A stretch of DNA of 63,698 nucleotides, filler included, from Thraustochytrium aureum (lineage: Eukaryota), in NCBI GenBank assembly GCA_012862495.1. It is 5 parts of 4 records of this genome, joined end to end, with 100 filler letters (N's around TTAATTAATTAA, not from the genome) between each part and the next. Parts side by side here need not be neighbours in the genome. Positions count along the whole stretch, not along the records: positions 1 to 27,358 come from BLSG01000353.1; 4 more parts are not named here. The stretch is one strand, 5' to 3'. This document shows positions 1 to 11,810 of this stretch, one piece after another. The notes beneath the pieces are model-generated. The model searched no databases. It worked only from the letters and a program-made list of their open reading frames with translations, and was not told the DNA's origin. The translations under genes were made by a program, and so were the position numbers. Position 1 is the stretch's first letter, and each line of letters begins with the position of its first letter.

Positions 1-24
1 GACACGGATCACCGGCACGCGAGC

Positions 25-25
<1 letters not shown>

Positions 26-58
<33 letters not shown>
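26..58. repeat. (CAG)11 microsatellite
   Basis: Perfect CAG run upstream of the first gene. Confidence 0.95.
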
Positions 59-59
<1 letters not shown>

Positions 60-143
60 CGGAGCGATCGAGGGGCGGACAGGCAGGCCCACGCAGCAGC
101 GCCCAAGCAGGAGATCCAGCCGCGCGAGGCGCGCGCAGCAGAG

Positions 144-1659
144 ATGGCCGACCCGCTTCCCACGGCCAGCCTCGACGACGTTGCCGCCCAGATCCGGAAG
201 GACTTTGCGGCGCAAACCTCCGGTGGGACGTGCTGCGACGAGCACGAGCAAGAAGCCGCACCCCCGCCCCCCCCGTCCCCGCCAAGAAGCGGATCTCGCA
301 AGAGACCTTCGACGATGTCGTGAAGGAAAACGTGGACGAGTTCGACATGACGGCCGAGGAGGCGATGCGGGACGCCGTTGAGCAGTTCACCAGCCAGGGC
401 GTCGACCTCAGCGGTCTAGTCACGTCCCCTGCGGAAAAGGAGGTAGACGAGCGCATGGCCGCGGCCGTCGACAAACTCAACGAAGCGCTAAAGGACCCTG
501 CCTGCACTGGCGAGGTCCTCGTCGCCGAGCTGGACGAGCTGGCCCGGGCCTGCTCTGCGGGAAGCACAGAGCGTGCTGCGGCTGGACGGCACGGCGCGGT
601 TGGTGCTGCAACCTTTGTCTGCAAAAAGCACATGGAGGACAAGCCGGCTTGTGTGGCAGCTCTGCGACTACTTGCCGCTCTCGCTGAAGCGCCGGAGAAC
701 CGCGAGATCATCCCGTTCCAGGGCGTCGAGGCGGTCACCAACTGCCTCAAGCACCACGTCGATTGTCCTTTGGTGCAGTCCAGTGGATTCTCGGCGGTTT
801 CTCAGGCAGTCTCCAAGCACGAGGGCAACAAGCGCAACTTTAAGGACACCGACATAAACTCCCACCTTCTGGCGACGCTACGGGCGCACGCCGGGGACCC
901 GCAGGTCGTCCCGTCTGCATGCCGCTTTCTTCGCATCTACTTGAGTGACGACGACCGCCGTCCTGGCGTGCAGCCAGGGACCTTTTCGCGCGCCCGGGAG
1001 CTCGGGGAAGACTACGAGCGTGGCGTCCTCCAGCCCCTCATAAACCTCCTCAGCCAGCAGGACACTGTCGCGAACGACAAGCTCACCACGACGACTATGG
1101 CGACGCTCAAGACGGTCGCCGTCAACGACCTGATCTGCAAGCACATCGCCAGCAAGGGCGGGCTTGAGGCTGCTCTCGTCGCGTTCGAGGCCCACATCAC
1201 CGACGAGACGGTCGCAGCGAACGGGTGCATGCTCTTGAAGGCGGTCTCACGCAACGACGACATCAAGCGGATCGTGGGCAAGGGCAAGGGGCTCGGGCTT
1301 GTGCTTCGGGCGCTGGACGAGCACGACCAGTCGCCCAAGGTGGCTGAGCAGGCCCTCCACGTGCCTCGAGCGTACTCTGCCTGCGTCAGCCGGAGAACTG
1401 CGAAACTATTGCGGGCCTCGGGTGCCTGCAGATGATCGTCTCGGCGATGCAGCGCCACCCCGACGTGGGTTCTGTTCAGCGCCCGGCCATCAGCACGCTC
1501 CGCAATATGGTTTCGAGCTGGCAAAACAAGGACCTTGCAGGCAAGATCCTCGACGAGGGCGCCGAGCCGCTCATCCGCAAAGCGCGTGCCGAGCACCCAA
1601 TTTGCGAGGAGGTTGCGTTTGCGGCTTTGCGCGACCTCGGCTGCGACTACCATGCTTGA
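144..1659 (+). CDS. ARMC6: Armadillo repeat-containing protein 6 (two apparent frameshifts, ~270 and ~1365)
   Basis: N-terminal motif KRISQETFDDVVKENVDEFDM...EQFTSQGVDLS and C-terminal AALRDLGC match ARMC6. The ATG at 144 joins ORF 230-1435 across a poly-C tract, and the C-terminus lies in ORF 1432-1659. Confidence 0.85.
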
Positions 1660-1767
1660 ACTCGCTCTCATCTCATTAATTAAAAGATACGAAGAAGGGC
1701 ATCTGCATTTGGCAATCTGGAGACCCCCCGCTCGCGCGACAGTTCGAGAGACCGCAGGTGCCGCGGG

Positions 1768-4050
1768 TCAGCACCTACCCACGCGCAAGCACTCCACGGG
1801 CTGTTTCGCCACCCGAAATGATCCCGACACCGTGCACCTGCAGCTTGCACTTGCCTGCAGCGGCGAGCCTTGGGTCGAGCGGCAGGATGGCAATGAATAC
1901 AGTTGCCGTGGAGGAATCTTGAAGCTGGGCTGCCGGCTCCCTGGCGTCCCCTTCCGAACGAGCTTGCAGCCGCGGCTGCAGGGAAGCAGCTTGAGGGACT
2001 GAGATTGGGAGGTCCCACAGACCCTCAAACCACGCTGCAGCAACAACATCACCGGCTTCGAGCGTCCAGGGCCCTCATTAAAGGCCACTGTCCCTGGCAC
2101 AAGCCACCCGAGCAACAGTGCGGACCCGAAACCCTCGAATGACCGCACCAACTCAATTACGAGCTCAACAGTTGCTTCGGCGCCACCAGCGGCAGTGCGA
2201 CGGTGCGTTGGAACGGAAAAGCTGTGCACGATGACTACCGACTTGCCATCAGTCCCAGGGCAGTGGTGGAACTCGAGGTCGGTGTGCTTGCACTTCGCCT
2301 TGCAAACCCGCCACCCAAAGCCAAAATCCTCAACGGTGGCTTGGGTAGCAGGACAATCTGGGCAGTCAACCGTCTGGTCTCGATGCGCTGCTAGCACAGC
2401 GGCAGCCGCTATTGCACGGCAGGTCTGACTCACTGGCCGGTCCGCCGGCCAAGCGCCCTCGTCTTTGCAGGCCCCAGAGACAGCGGCAACCACGTCGTGG
2501 CCCAGCACAAAACCGTGCGTGTTTTCGAGAGTCCACTTGTTGGCTTCGGCGTACATCTCATAATTCGGGACGGTCGCTCCCAGCCGCGGCCCATCCGTTA
2601 GGGCCTCTGTAGCAAACGAAGGGTCACGGGAGCGTGCCAGCGCCGCGATCTGCGCTTCCCAGAGGACGCTCTGTATCCCGAAACGGACGAAGGCGCAACC
2701 GAGCGTGCCGAGGTGGATGCCGTCCGGTCGAAGCACGAGATCATTGTTGTGGATCATCTTTCTGCTATGCAGTGCGGGCAACAGCTGGTCGGTTTTGCCC
2801 GGCAGGGGCCGAAACAGGTCAAGCAGCGAGATGAGCGAGGCCCGTGGTGAGTGTGAGCGCACCACGTTCAGCAAGGCTCGGATAGAAGCCATGTGCGCCA
2901 TCGCCCTTTCCAGCCTCGACTTGGAGGATGGCGGCTGGGCGCCTGGCCGCTTGTCCAGAAAAGCGAGCGCTTCCACCGTGGCCACATCAGGAAATGCCAG
3001 CGCGACAACTGCTGCTTCGGGGCTTGCTCGGCGAATGCTCAGAAGTAGCGACTCGACGCAAGAGACCTTGTCGTCCCACGACGAGAGCGTCTGGGCGTCG
3101 TTGGTGACCGTCTCAAAGATGACCAGGTCGGCCTTTGAAACCGGGCCCTCGTACTCGGCGTTAAAATGCTTTGCGGCGTAGCAACTTGTTCGCCCACTCC
3201 CGGCGACGGTGGTCACAGTGTGATCGCCGGGGTAGCTCGCAGACAGGGCGACGCGAATCTGAGTCTTGAACGGGTAGATGGTGGCACCGTTGGCATTGGA
3301 CCCGCCAATGATCCTGCTCCGCTCGGGGCGTCGTTAGACATGGTCGCGGCAGCGCCTCTTGTGCGAACGAGGCAGGACTTACACAACGGAGAGGCCCTGC
3401 TGACTGCGGATTTTCTCGCCGAGTGTCACGAGTGGGCCGAGGTCGCCGAGTTGAACTACGTCTGAGCCCTCCACGGCGTTTTGAAAGGCGACCCGCTCTG
3501 GCTCGAAGGGATTGTTGAGGAGATCTTGAGCGCCAGCTTCTGTATTGGTGCTCATCCTGTCCAGAAGCGAATCCAGCGTCTTGTTCCTGTCTGTTGCAGC
3601 GAACGCTTTGCGCTCCGCTTTTTTGAGCAAAGTCGCCGCGAGGGCCTCCAGCTCGGCGCGCTGCAACGGAGCTGGTAGCGGCACATGGCCGAGCGGCTCG
3701 AGCTTAACAACCTCGGGCATGGTGGTTGGCGGCCGTGTCTGTGGTGGCAAGGTTGGTGGCCTTGTCTGCGGAGGCAGTGTTGGCGGCCACGGAGAATGTT
3801 CAAGGACGCCTCGTGCTGGGTTTGATGCTCCCTCCGATGGTGCCTGGATATACGTAGCTTGGCTACCCGGTTGGGCGGTTGCGCCCTCCTCGCGGCGCGA
3901 CCAGAGTGCGCTGGAGTCCAGCTCTGCCGCAGATCCTGAGAAGCCAAGCCCCCGCACGAGCAACAGGAAGGCCACGCCAGCTGCAGCGATACGGAGCGTG
4001 CGTGGCACGCCCTCCTCAGGTTGCTGCGCGGATCCCCTATTACCCGCCAT
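1768..4050 (-). CDS. Type II membrane-anchored SGNH/GDSL hydrolase-like protein, one intron (3314-3382)
   Basis: N-terminal TM helix and Pro/Thr stem. An intron GTAAGT...CTAAC...CAG joins the exons in frame, giving VIIGGSN (block I), FETVTND (block III) and DGIH (block V). Confidence 0.7.
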
Positions 4051-4192
4051 CGCGGTCGGCGCTCAGTGTCGCGTAGCTCGAGGTTTGGCACGGGACTGCT
4101 GCAAAAACTGCCTCCTGTCCGCTGCAAATCCGCTGGCAGCAACAGACAAAAGCGGACCGAGCAGGCGGACGCTCGCCAGGACACAAAGCCAC

Positions 4193-4270
4193 GCAGGCAG
4201 GCAGGCAGGCACGCAGGCAGGCAGGCGCGCAGGCACGCACGCAGGCACGCAGGCAGGCAGGCGCGCAGGC
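4193..4270. repeat. Degenerate (GCAG)n/(GCAC)n simple repeat running into an assembly gap
   Basis: gcaggcaggcaggcacgcaggcaggcaggcgcgcaggc... Confidence 0.9.
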
Positions 4271-4785
4271 NNNNNNNNNNNNNNNNNNNNNNNNNNNNNN
4301 NNNNNNNNNNNNNNNNNNNNNNNNNNNNNNNNNNNNNNNNNNNNNNNNNNNNNNNNNNNNNNNNNNNNNNNNNNNNNNNNNNNNNNNNNNNNNNNNNNNN
4401 NNNNNNNNNNNNNNNNNNNNNNNNNNNNNNNNNNNNNNNNNNNNNNNNNNNNNNNNNNNNNNNNNNNNNNNNNNNNNNNNNNNNNNNNNNNNNNNNNNNN
4501 NNNNNNNNNNNNNNNNNNNNNNNNNNNNNNNNNNNNNNNNNNNNNNNNNNNNNNNNNNNNNNNNNNNNNNNNNNNNNNNNNNNNNNNNNNNNNNNNNNNN
4601 NNNNNNNNNNNNNNNNNNNNNNNNNNNNNNNNNNNNNNNNNNNNNNNNNNNNNNNNNNNNNNNNNNNNNNNNNNNNNNNNNNNNNNNNNNNNNNNNNNNN
4701 NNNNNNNNNNNNNNNNNNNNNNNNNNNNNNNNNNNNNNNNNNNNNNNNNNNNNNNNNNNNNNNNNNNNNNNNNNNNNNNNNNNNA

Positions 4786-4959
4786 GTGTTTTACGGAACG
4801 GACCTCACCCTGGCCCAGGTCGAAGGGTGGGCGTCATGCGCAGCCTCGTCTGCCTTGGACGACGTGCATCAGTTCCCGGAGGGCGGGCACTTTTTCATTG
4901 TTAAGGACCCGTTGGCAGTCGCTTCCGAGGTGCTCGCGGTCCTTCGGCATGAACGGTGA
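4786..4959 (+). CDS. C-terminal fragment of a type II thioesterase (GrsT/TEII-like alpha/beta hydrolase); 5' part lies in the gap
   Basis: ...VEGWASC...HQFPEGGHFFIVKDP...* carries the TEII W..(x)..F.GGHFF catalytic-His motif. Confidence 0.6.
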   Translation: MFYGTDLTLAQVEGWASCAASSALDDVHQFPEGGHFFIVKDPLAVASEVLAVLRHER

Positions 4960-5787
4960 GTCATTTGATTCGCCTTCTTCGCTGCGTTTGCCAAGGTGAC
5001 CGCAGAGAGATCCTTGGGGGTTCCGAGTTCCCACCTCGGCACTCTGCCCACCTCGGCAACTCTGCGCTAGATCTGGCGGCATCCCATGCCCAGGGTCTGT
5101 CTGGTCGGCGGCTCTGCCCTCGGTCTGGCCAGCCTCACGTCTCCAACGCGCTCAGATCGCGCGCGGTGCCGCCCATGTGCTGCGGCGCTGCGTTCCGAGG
5201 CGGGCGGTCAGGCATCATCGCCCACACGCGACGACGAAATCGTTGAAATGGCGCTTCATGGCCAGTGTCAAGGCAGCCGCCGCTGGTTGACCGTGGAGAA
5301 ATTGTGGACTCGCACGAGAGCCGCTCGTGCACCTGACGAGCCGCCTCCTAACGGGCAGGGTGCGCGCGCGCTCGCTCCTCTCTGCAGCGGCGAGCGGCCC
5401 TGTGAGGGGGGTTTGCACGTGCGAGCCCATCCTAACCAGCGCAACGAGAAGCGGCGCGAAAGGCGAAACAAAAAGCGAAACCGTATCAGAGGCTGTTTGT
5501 TTGATTTTTGCTGCTTGTGCGTTGTTTTCCCTGAGAAGGTATGTAAGTACTACTACTAGGCTAGCAGCAGAGTAAGCAGTGGTGCGGCTGCTGTTGCTGT
5601 TGTGAAAGGTGCACTTGAGGAAGGAAGCGTGCGTGTTGTGTTGGACCACATGGACGATGTGAAGCCAGCAGGCATCAGACTCATCAGACTTCAATCGCAG
5701 CAGCACACGCTCCTCGCTCGCCACGGGCAGCACCAGCAGCGAACGGCGGCATTCGGTCGAGGAGACGCGCGCGACGCACCGTCCAGG

Positions 5788-6862
5788 ATGGCTTCCTTAT
5801 GCTCGTGCTTTTGCGCGGCGCCAAAAGACGAGGACGCCTTGAGCCCTACATCTGCCACCAAGCTTGAGGTCGCGCCGAGCTCGGCGGCGAGCGGGCGCCG
5901 CGCCCCAGAGTCCGCCAACGAGGACGAGGAAGACGACAACGACGAGGTTGAGGAAAAATCATCCTATGACACGCTGCTTGAGATGGCGACCAGCTTGTGG
6001 CAAACCGCAGCGGCCTACCTGCGCCCCGAGGAAGTGGACGAATACAAAAAGGAGCACGACGACAACCTGAAGCGCATGAACACGCTCGAGCTACGCGAGC
6101 ACGTGATCGCAGAAAAGCACCTCAACAAGGCTGTCGAGACCGTGATGGAGGAGGAGTCTGTCGGCAAGACTGACGTCGCGCGCGCCATGCGTGGCTCGCT
6201 TCGCATCGATGACGGCAGCGTCGTGTTCGACGGCGACCTCTTCGCTGGCCTGCTTTCCAGCTCGCTCGACGAGAGCACTGGAGAGGTCAACGCGCAAAAG
6301 TTCATCCAAGCAAGCAACATGGTCCCCCTGCTCATGGGCGGCCTCGGACGCACCTTCGAGTTTGCCAACTCTGATCTGCTCAAGAAGATGACGACTGCGC
6401 AGCAGCGCATGGAGGAGACCGCAGACGATCTCGGCAAGGACATCGAGGAGGTCACGCTCCAGGAGATGGTCGAGCGCGACATCCGGAATGGGACCACGCA
6501 TGCAGGCAAGAAGGCAGCTCCGGCTGCCCGCACAATTCTGCGCCTCATGTGGTTTTTGGACTTTATTGGGGCCCTCTTGACTGGTGTAGCGCGCAACCAA
6601 GACAAGCCTCTGAAGACCATCTGCAGCAAGGTTTACGAGGACACGCTCGCTCCGCGACACATCTGGATCCTCCGCAAGGCCGCGCGGTCAGGCATGGGTC
6701 TCCTCCCGGGGCAAGGACGTGTTCCGCAAGCGCCTCGGCACGTACGGCATGTCTGAGGCGGCCGAGTCCGAGGCTCTCGAGCGCTGGGCCAAGGACGTTG
6801 TCAAGGTCGCCGAGGTGATGTGGGCATACATGGGCTCCAAGGGGCTCGAGACCCTGCCCTGA
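5788..6862 (+). CDS. Glycolipid transfer protein (GLTP/ACD11-like) domain protein with N-terminal extension (frameshift ~6710)
   Basis: RTILRLMWFLDFI...YEDTLAPRHIWILRKAA...LLP is the GLTP signature. The C-terminus continues in another frame to TGA at 6860-6862. Confidence 0.8.
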
Positions 6863-7180
6863 TCTGACCTGCCTGGCGGGCTGGCAGCCTTGCGCAACCC
6901 CGACGGCCGATCTGAATTGGCGTTGTGGCGCCGCTTTATCGTCTGCAGCCGCTGGGGCCAGCCTAAGCGTGATCATTGTCGCTAATTGTGTGTCGCCCTT
7001 TTTGTTTGCTTGCTCTCGGCCATGCTCTGTTGGGGCGCCAAGTGCCCGCTTTGCTCCTTTTCCTTTTTTTTAACTGCATCAAACAGCGCCGCGCGGATCG
7101 AGGGACGCAGCCAAAGCAACCTTGGGAGCGAACAGCACACTGCCCGAGGCCTTCCCAACAAAGCGCAACTCTGCGCTCGC

Positions 7181-8516
7181 CTACTTGGCAGGAGAAGCGC
7201 TCTCGATGGCAGCAGCGGCCGTTTTGATGGTCTCGGCGCGCTTGCAGATGGCAAAGCGAACGAGCGATTTGGGCGCCTCTGCCGAATCGTGAAACACGCT
7301 CATCGGCACCGCGATCACCCCCACATCAGTTGCCAACCAACGACAAAAGTCGACATCCGTCTTGCCTGTGGCGGACACGTCGCAGACCAAAAAGTATCCG
7401 CCCTCGGGAGCAAAGCAGACTACGCCAAGGCACTCGAGCGCGCGAGAGAGCGTCGAGGCGTTGCTCTGGAAAACGAGCTCAACTCGGCTATCTCTGCCGC
7501 GACAACCGAGTTGGGCCCGCCGCTAACCATTTCTTCCAGCCCGGCAGCGACGCCGTCCTGCAGCGGGGTTGGCGCGCAATACGAGTTGTATGCATGGCAC
7601 GTCCCGATAGCCGAGATGAGGTCGGGCGGCCCAAAGCACCAGCCAACGCGCCAGCCCGTGAGCGAAAACATTTTGCTTGACGAGCCAATCGTCAGCGTGC
7701 GCTCAAACATCCCCGGCAGCGACGAGATGCGGTGGTGCTCCCGCTGTTGCCCGGTCGCGCTCCTGAACACAAAGTGCTCGTACACCTCGTCGCTGACCAG
7801 GAGGACGTCGTGCTTGAGGCAAAGCTCGGCCAGGCCTTCCATCTCGGCCATCGTGGCCACGTGGCCCGTCGGGTTGTGCGGCGTGTTGAAGATGACCGCT
7901 TTCGTCTTGGGAGAAAACTTGGCAGCCAGGTCTTGGAGATCGATCACAAAACCGGGGGCCTGCAAAGTAACGCACACCGGGACGCCTCCCGCCATGCGCA
8001 CGGCGGGGAGGTACCAAGGAAAGAACGGCTCAAAGATGATGACCTCGTCGCCAGGGTCGACGATGGCCTGCATCGCTGCATAGATCGCCTCGGTTCCTGA
8101 CGAGGTCACCATGATGTTCGAGTCGGGGTCCACGCTGCAGGCCGCCGGGGCGGTATTCCAGCTCGCAGCCAAAGCCTTGCGAAGCCGCGCGGTGCCCGGT
8201 ACAGGGCTGTACTGGTTCGCGGGAACGTCGCTTTCGATGAGCCGGACGGCCGTGTCGCGCGCCAGTTTTGCGCCCTCTGCCCGCACGTCGAGCCCCGCCC
8301 GTTGCGGGTGTTTGGCTTTCAAGTCAGCGGCCAGCGCCGCGCGCCGCCACAGCAAGGAGCGCGGGGCGACTCACCGAAATCGGGGAAGCCCTGCCCGAGG
8401 TTGCTCACGATGTTGCTCCCCTGCGACAGCTTGATGATTTCCGACCACACCTTCGCGCCTCCACCGTGCGACTCGCGCAGCACGCGCTGGCTCACTCGCT
8501 GCGTCGCGCTCTTCAT
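7181..8516 (-). CDS. PLP-dependent class I/II aminotransferase (kynurenine/methionine aminotransferase-like); intron 8277-8374, frameshift ~7480
   Basis: Motifs NLGQGFPDF, NQYS, NTPHNPTG, DEVYE, SSSKMFSLTGWRVGW and VRFAICK. GTGAGT...CAG intron restores the frame. Confidence 0.9.
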
Positions 8517-8620
8517 GGCTGCCCGCGTCGCCTGCCCCGCCCCCTGAGTCCTCCACGCAACGAACGATACCTCCTCTGCCTCCTGTTCCGACTCGCTGGG
8601 CTGCTTGTCCGCCAGGCGCA

Positions 8621-8760
8621 CGAACAACGAAGCGGCTCCGCGGATCTTTACGAACAACGAAGCGGCTCCGCGAGATCGCTAGCGAGCAACGAAGCGGCCC
8701 TCACTGACGTCATCGAGTGAGCGCTTGCTGTTGGTGACGTCACTTTGCGCGGGTGACGTG
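8621..8760. promoter_or_regulatory. Bidirectional promoter with a ~30-bp tandem repeat and CRE-like TGACGTCA palindromes
   Basis: About 2.5 copies of gaacaacgaagcggctccgcg; TGACGTCA at 8705 and 8735; GTGACGTG at 8753. Lies between the divergent aminotransferase and SRP68 genes. Confidence 0.5.
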
Positions 8761-8944
8761 GGCTGTTGTGGGGCTTGGGGCTGCTTGCGTCACGGCGCCG
8801 TGTGTGGGTGTTGCTGCGCAGGAGCAGAGCGATCGATCAGTCTCTCGGCGGACGCCCTGCGCTGCTGCGCGCTGCTGCGGACGCTCTCGGACGCCCCCGG
8901 ACGCCCTCGGCTGCTGCCGCGCCGCCTTGCTGCAGCCTGCCGCG

Positions 8945-8947
<3 letters not shown>

Positions 8948-8997
<50 letters not shown>
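8948..8997. repeat. (CCAG)n microsatellite
   Basis: Tandem ccag run just upstream of the SRP68 ATG. Confidence 0.95.
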
Positions 8998-9036
8998 GCC
9001 CCGGCACGGAGGCTCCGCAGCGCAGGAAGGGAGGAA

Positions 9037-10930
9037 ATGGAGGTCGACAATGGCACAGGCGGCCCCGCAGCGCTGCCGGTGCTGCAGGTGATCCGCTCGA
9101 GCCAGCTGCAGAACGGGCTGCGCCACAGGGACTACCAGCGGTATCGCGAGTACTGCGCGCGGCGACTGCGGCGGCTGCGCAAGGGCGTCGACTTTAAGTA
9201 CGCCGCCAAGCGCGGACCGTTCGAGTTCAAGCAGGTCACTGACGAGCTCGCGCGGCGCGACCAGCGGTTTCTGCTCATTCCGCTGATGAACGCCGAGCGC
9301 GCCTGGGGCTACGCGATGCAGCTCAAGGACGAAAACCAGCGCGAGGGCGAAGACCCGCGCAAGCGGCTCCACCTCGTCCGCCGGCTCGCCAAGGCCGCGC
9401 AGTGGGCCGGGCAGCTGCGCGAGCTGTGCGCCGCCACCGCGGACGCGCGCACCTCGCTAGAGGCGGAGGCGTACGCGGCCTGGATGGAGGGCAACCTTCT
9501 CCTTGAGAAAGACGACTGGAAGGACGCCCTCGTCGCCTTCAGCACCGCGAAAAAGATCTACGAGGAGCTCTCCGCGATCGGCACGCCAGAGTCGCAGGAC
9601 ATGATGCGCGAGCGGGTCGAGGAGATCGAGCCCTCGCTTCGTTACTGCACCTACAACCTCAGCCGCGAGGGCGGGCCTGGGGCCAGCCAGGAGGCGCTCA
9701 AGCTCCTCAAGAGCTCGACCGCCGGCGGCGTGGGCAGCGACCTGCTGCAGTCCAAGATCCGCAAGGTCCTCGAGGAGTCCCGGCGTGGCGAGGCCGGCGC
9801 CGCCGCTTCTCTCGTGTGGAAAGGCGTCGATATTCCCGTGCGCAGCGAAACAGTCCGCATCAAGCTCCTGGAGATCCGCGACCAGCGCGCCGAGCTCGTG
9901 CGACTCTTCGCCGAGGCCGACGCCGCCGCAGACAGCGACCTACTCGCGGACGAGGGCGGGCTGGACAAGGCCTACCTTGAGGTGCTCTCGGTTTTCGACG
10001 AGGCCTCGCGCGCCGTTCGCGAAGAGCAGACGCGCACCGCCAAGCAGCAAGGCGGCGCCATGCTGGCCCAGGACCTCTCGAGCGTGCTTGCCTACCTCAA
10101 GGCCGCCAAGGTGCAGGCCATCATGGATCGCAACGCCGTTTTCGCCCGCTCGCTCGAGAAGCGTCTGGACCAGGGCGAGGCCGTTTCCTCCGCGGTGACG
10201 CCCAACGGGCCGTCGCCAACCAAGGTCGAGCCGCAGGACGTTGTCAACATGTACGACCGCGTTCTTCAAAATATGCAGGATCTGCGCGAGATCTTTGGTC
10301 TAGAAGCGCTCGAATCCGACAAGGGGACCAGGGACTGGGCTCCGGGCCAACCCGGCGACCTCACTCCCGCGTCGTTGCGCGCGTACGAACTTTCCGTCCG
10401 AGCGCAGCGCACTTGCCACATTGCTGCCTGGTATGCCAGGGCACACAAGTGGGCCGAAGCGCTGGCGTTGTTGGAAAAGTCCCAAGACTATGTCGAGCAG
10501 GCCAGGGCTGTTGCCACCACCAACGAAGACGAGGCCACACGTGCGCGGCGCGCGGCGCAGCTGGATGCCACAGAGTCGCGCGTCCGTGCGGCCAAGTGCC
10601 TGGCGCTTGCGCAGGCCTTCCAGTCACGCCTCGGCACCCCAAGAGGGCCAAGCTCTCGTCGACGGCGGGAGCGAGGCGTCTGTACCTCAGATTTGCGCGC
10701 TCCCGCCGCCCATCGAGCCCGTTCCTGTGAACCCCGTTGTTTTTGACCTCGCCTTTTCGCAGGTCTACCAGGCAGCCGCGGAGCGTACGAAAGAAGACGT
10801 GTCCAAGGAGGGAGCAGCTGCTGCAGCGGCGGCAACGTCGCCGTCTGCTGCAAGCACGGGCGGCGAGGGCCAGGGGTCGGGTTGGCTCTCGAGCGCTCGG
10901 GGCTGGTTTGGCGGCGGCGGCAAGCGCTAG
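9037..10930 (+). CDS. SRP68: Signal recognition particle subunit SRP68 (frameshift ~10640)
   Basis: QLQNGLRHRDYQRYREYCARRLRRLRK, AERAWGYAMQLK, SLEAEAY, EIEPSLRYCTYNL; C-terminal PVPVNPVVFDLAF...GWFG in ORF 10421-10930. Confidence 0.93.
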
Positions 10931-11810
10931 GCCGCGCTCACGTTATCGGGTTGTGGGGGGCGGCGCTCGCTCCCCAGTTTAGGTCGTTACTATTCCTATT
11001 ATTAGCTTCCTAACAAGTGCGCCGCGTTGCCAAAGCTACGGTCGTTCTGCACGCCGTCCCACACACGTCCCTTCAACGAGCGCAGAGCCGNNNNNNNNNN
11101 NNNNNNNNNNNNNNNNNNNNNNNNNNNNNNNNNNNNNNNNNNNNNNNNNNNNNNNNNNNNNNNNNNNNNNNNNNNNNNNNNNNNNNNNNNNNNNNNNNNN
11201 NNNNNNNNNNNNNNNNNNNNNNNNNNNNNNNNNNNNNNNNNNNNNNNNNNNNNNNNNNNNNNNNNNNNNNNNNNNNNNNNNNNNNNNNNNNNNNNNNNNN
11301 NNNNNNNNNNNNNNNNNNNNNNNNNNNNNNNNNNNNNNNNNNNNNNNNNNNNNNNNNNNNNNNNNNNNNNNNNNNNNNNNNNNNNNNNNNNNNNNNNNNN
11401 NNNNNNNNNNNNNNNNNNNNNNNNNNNNNNNNNNNNNNNNNNNNNNNNNNNNNNNNNNNNNNNNNNNNNNNNNNNNNNNNNNNNNNNNNNNNNNNNNNNN
11501 NNNNNNNNNNNNNNNNNNNNNNNNNNNNNNNNNNNNNNNNNNNNNNNNNNNNNNNNNNNNNNNNNNNNNNNNNNNNNNNNNNNNNNNNNNNNNNNNNNNN
11601 NNNNNNNNNNNNNNNNNNNNNNNNNNNNNNNNNNNNNNNNNNNNNNNNNNNNNNNNNNNNNNNNNNNNNNNNNNNNNNNNNNNNNNNNNNNNNNNNNNNN
11701 NNNNNNNNNNNNNNNNNNNNNNNNNNNNNNNNNNNNNNNNNNNNNNNNNNNNNNNNNNNNNNNNNNNNNNNNNNNNNNNNNNNNNNNNNNNNNNNNNNNN
11801 NNNNNNNNNN

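Noticed and set aside
8621..8700. Repeat-spacer-like pattern
   Set aside because: Only ~2.5 units with ~10-nt variable parts; this is a tandem duplication, not an array.
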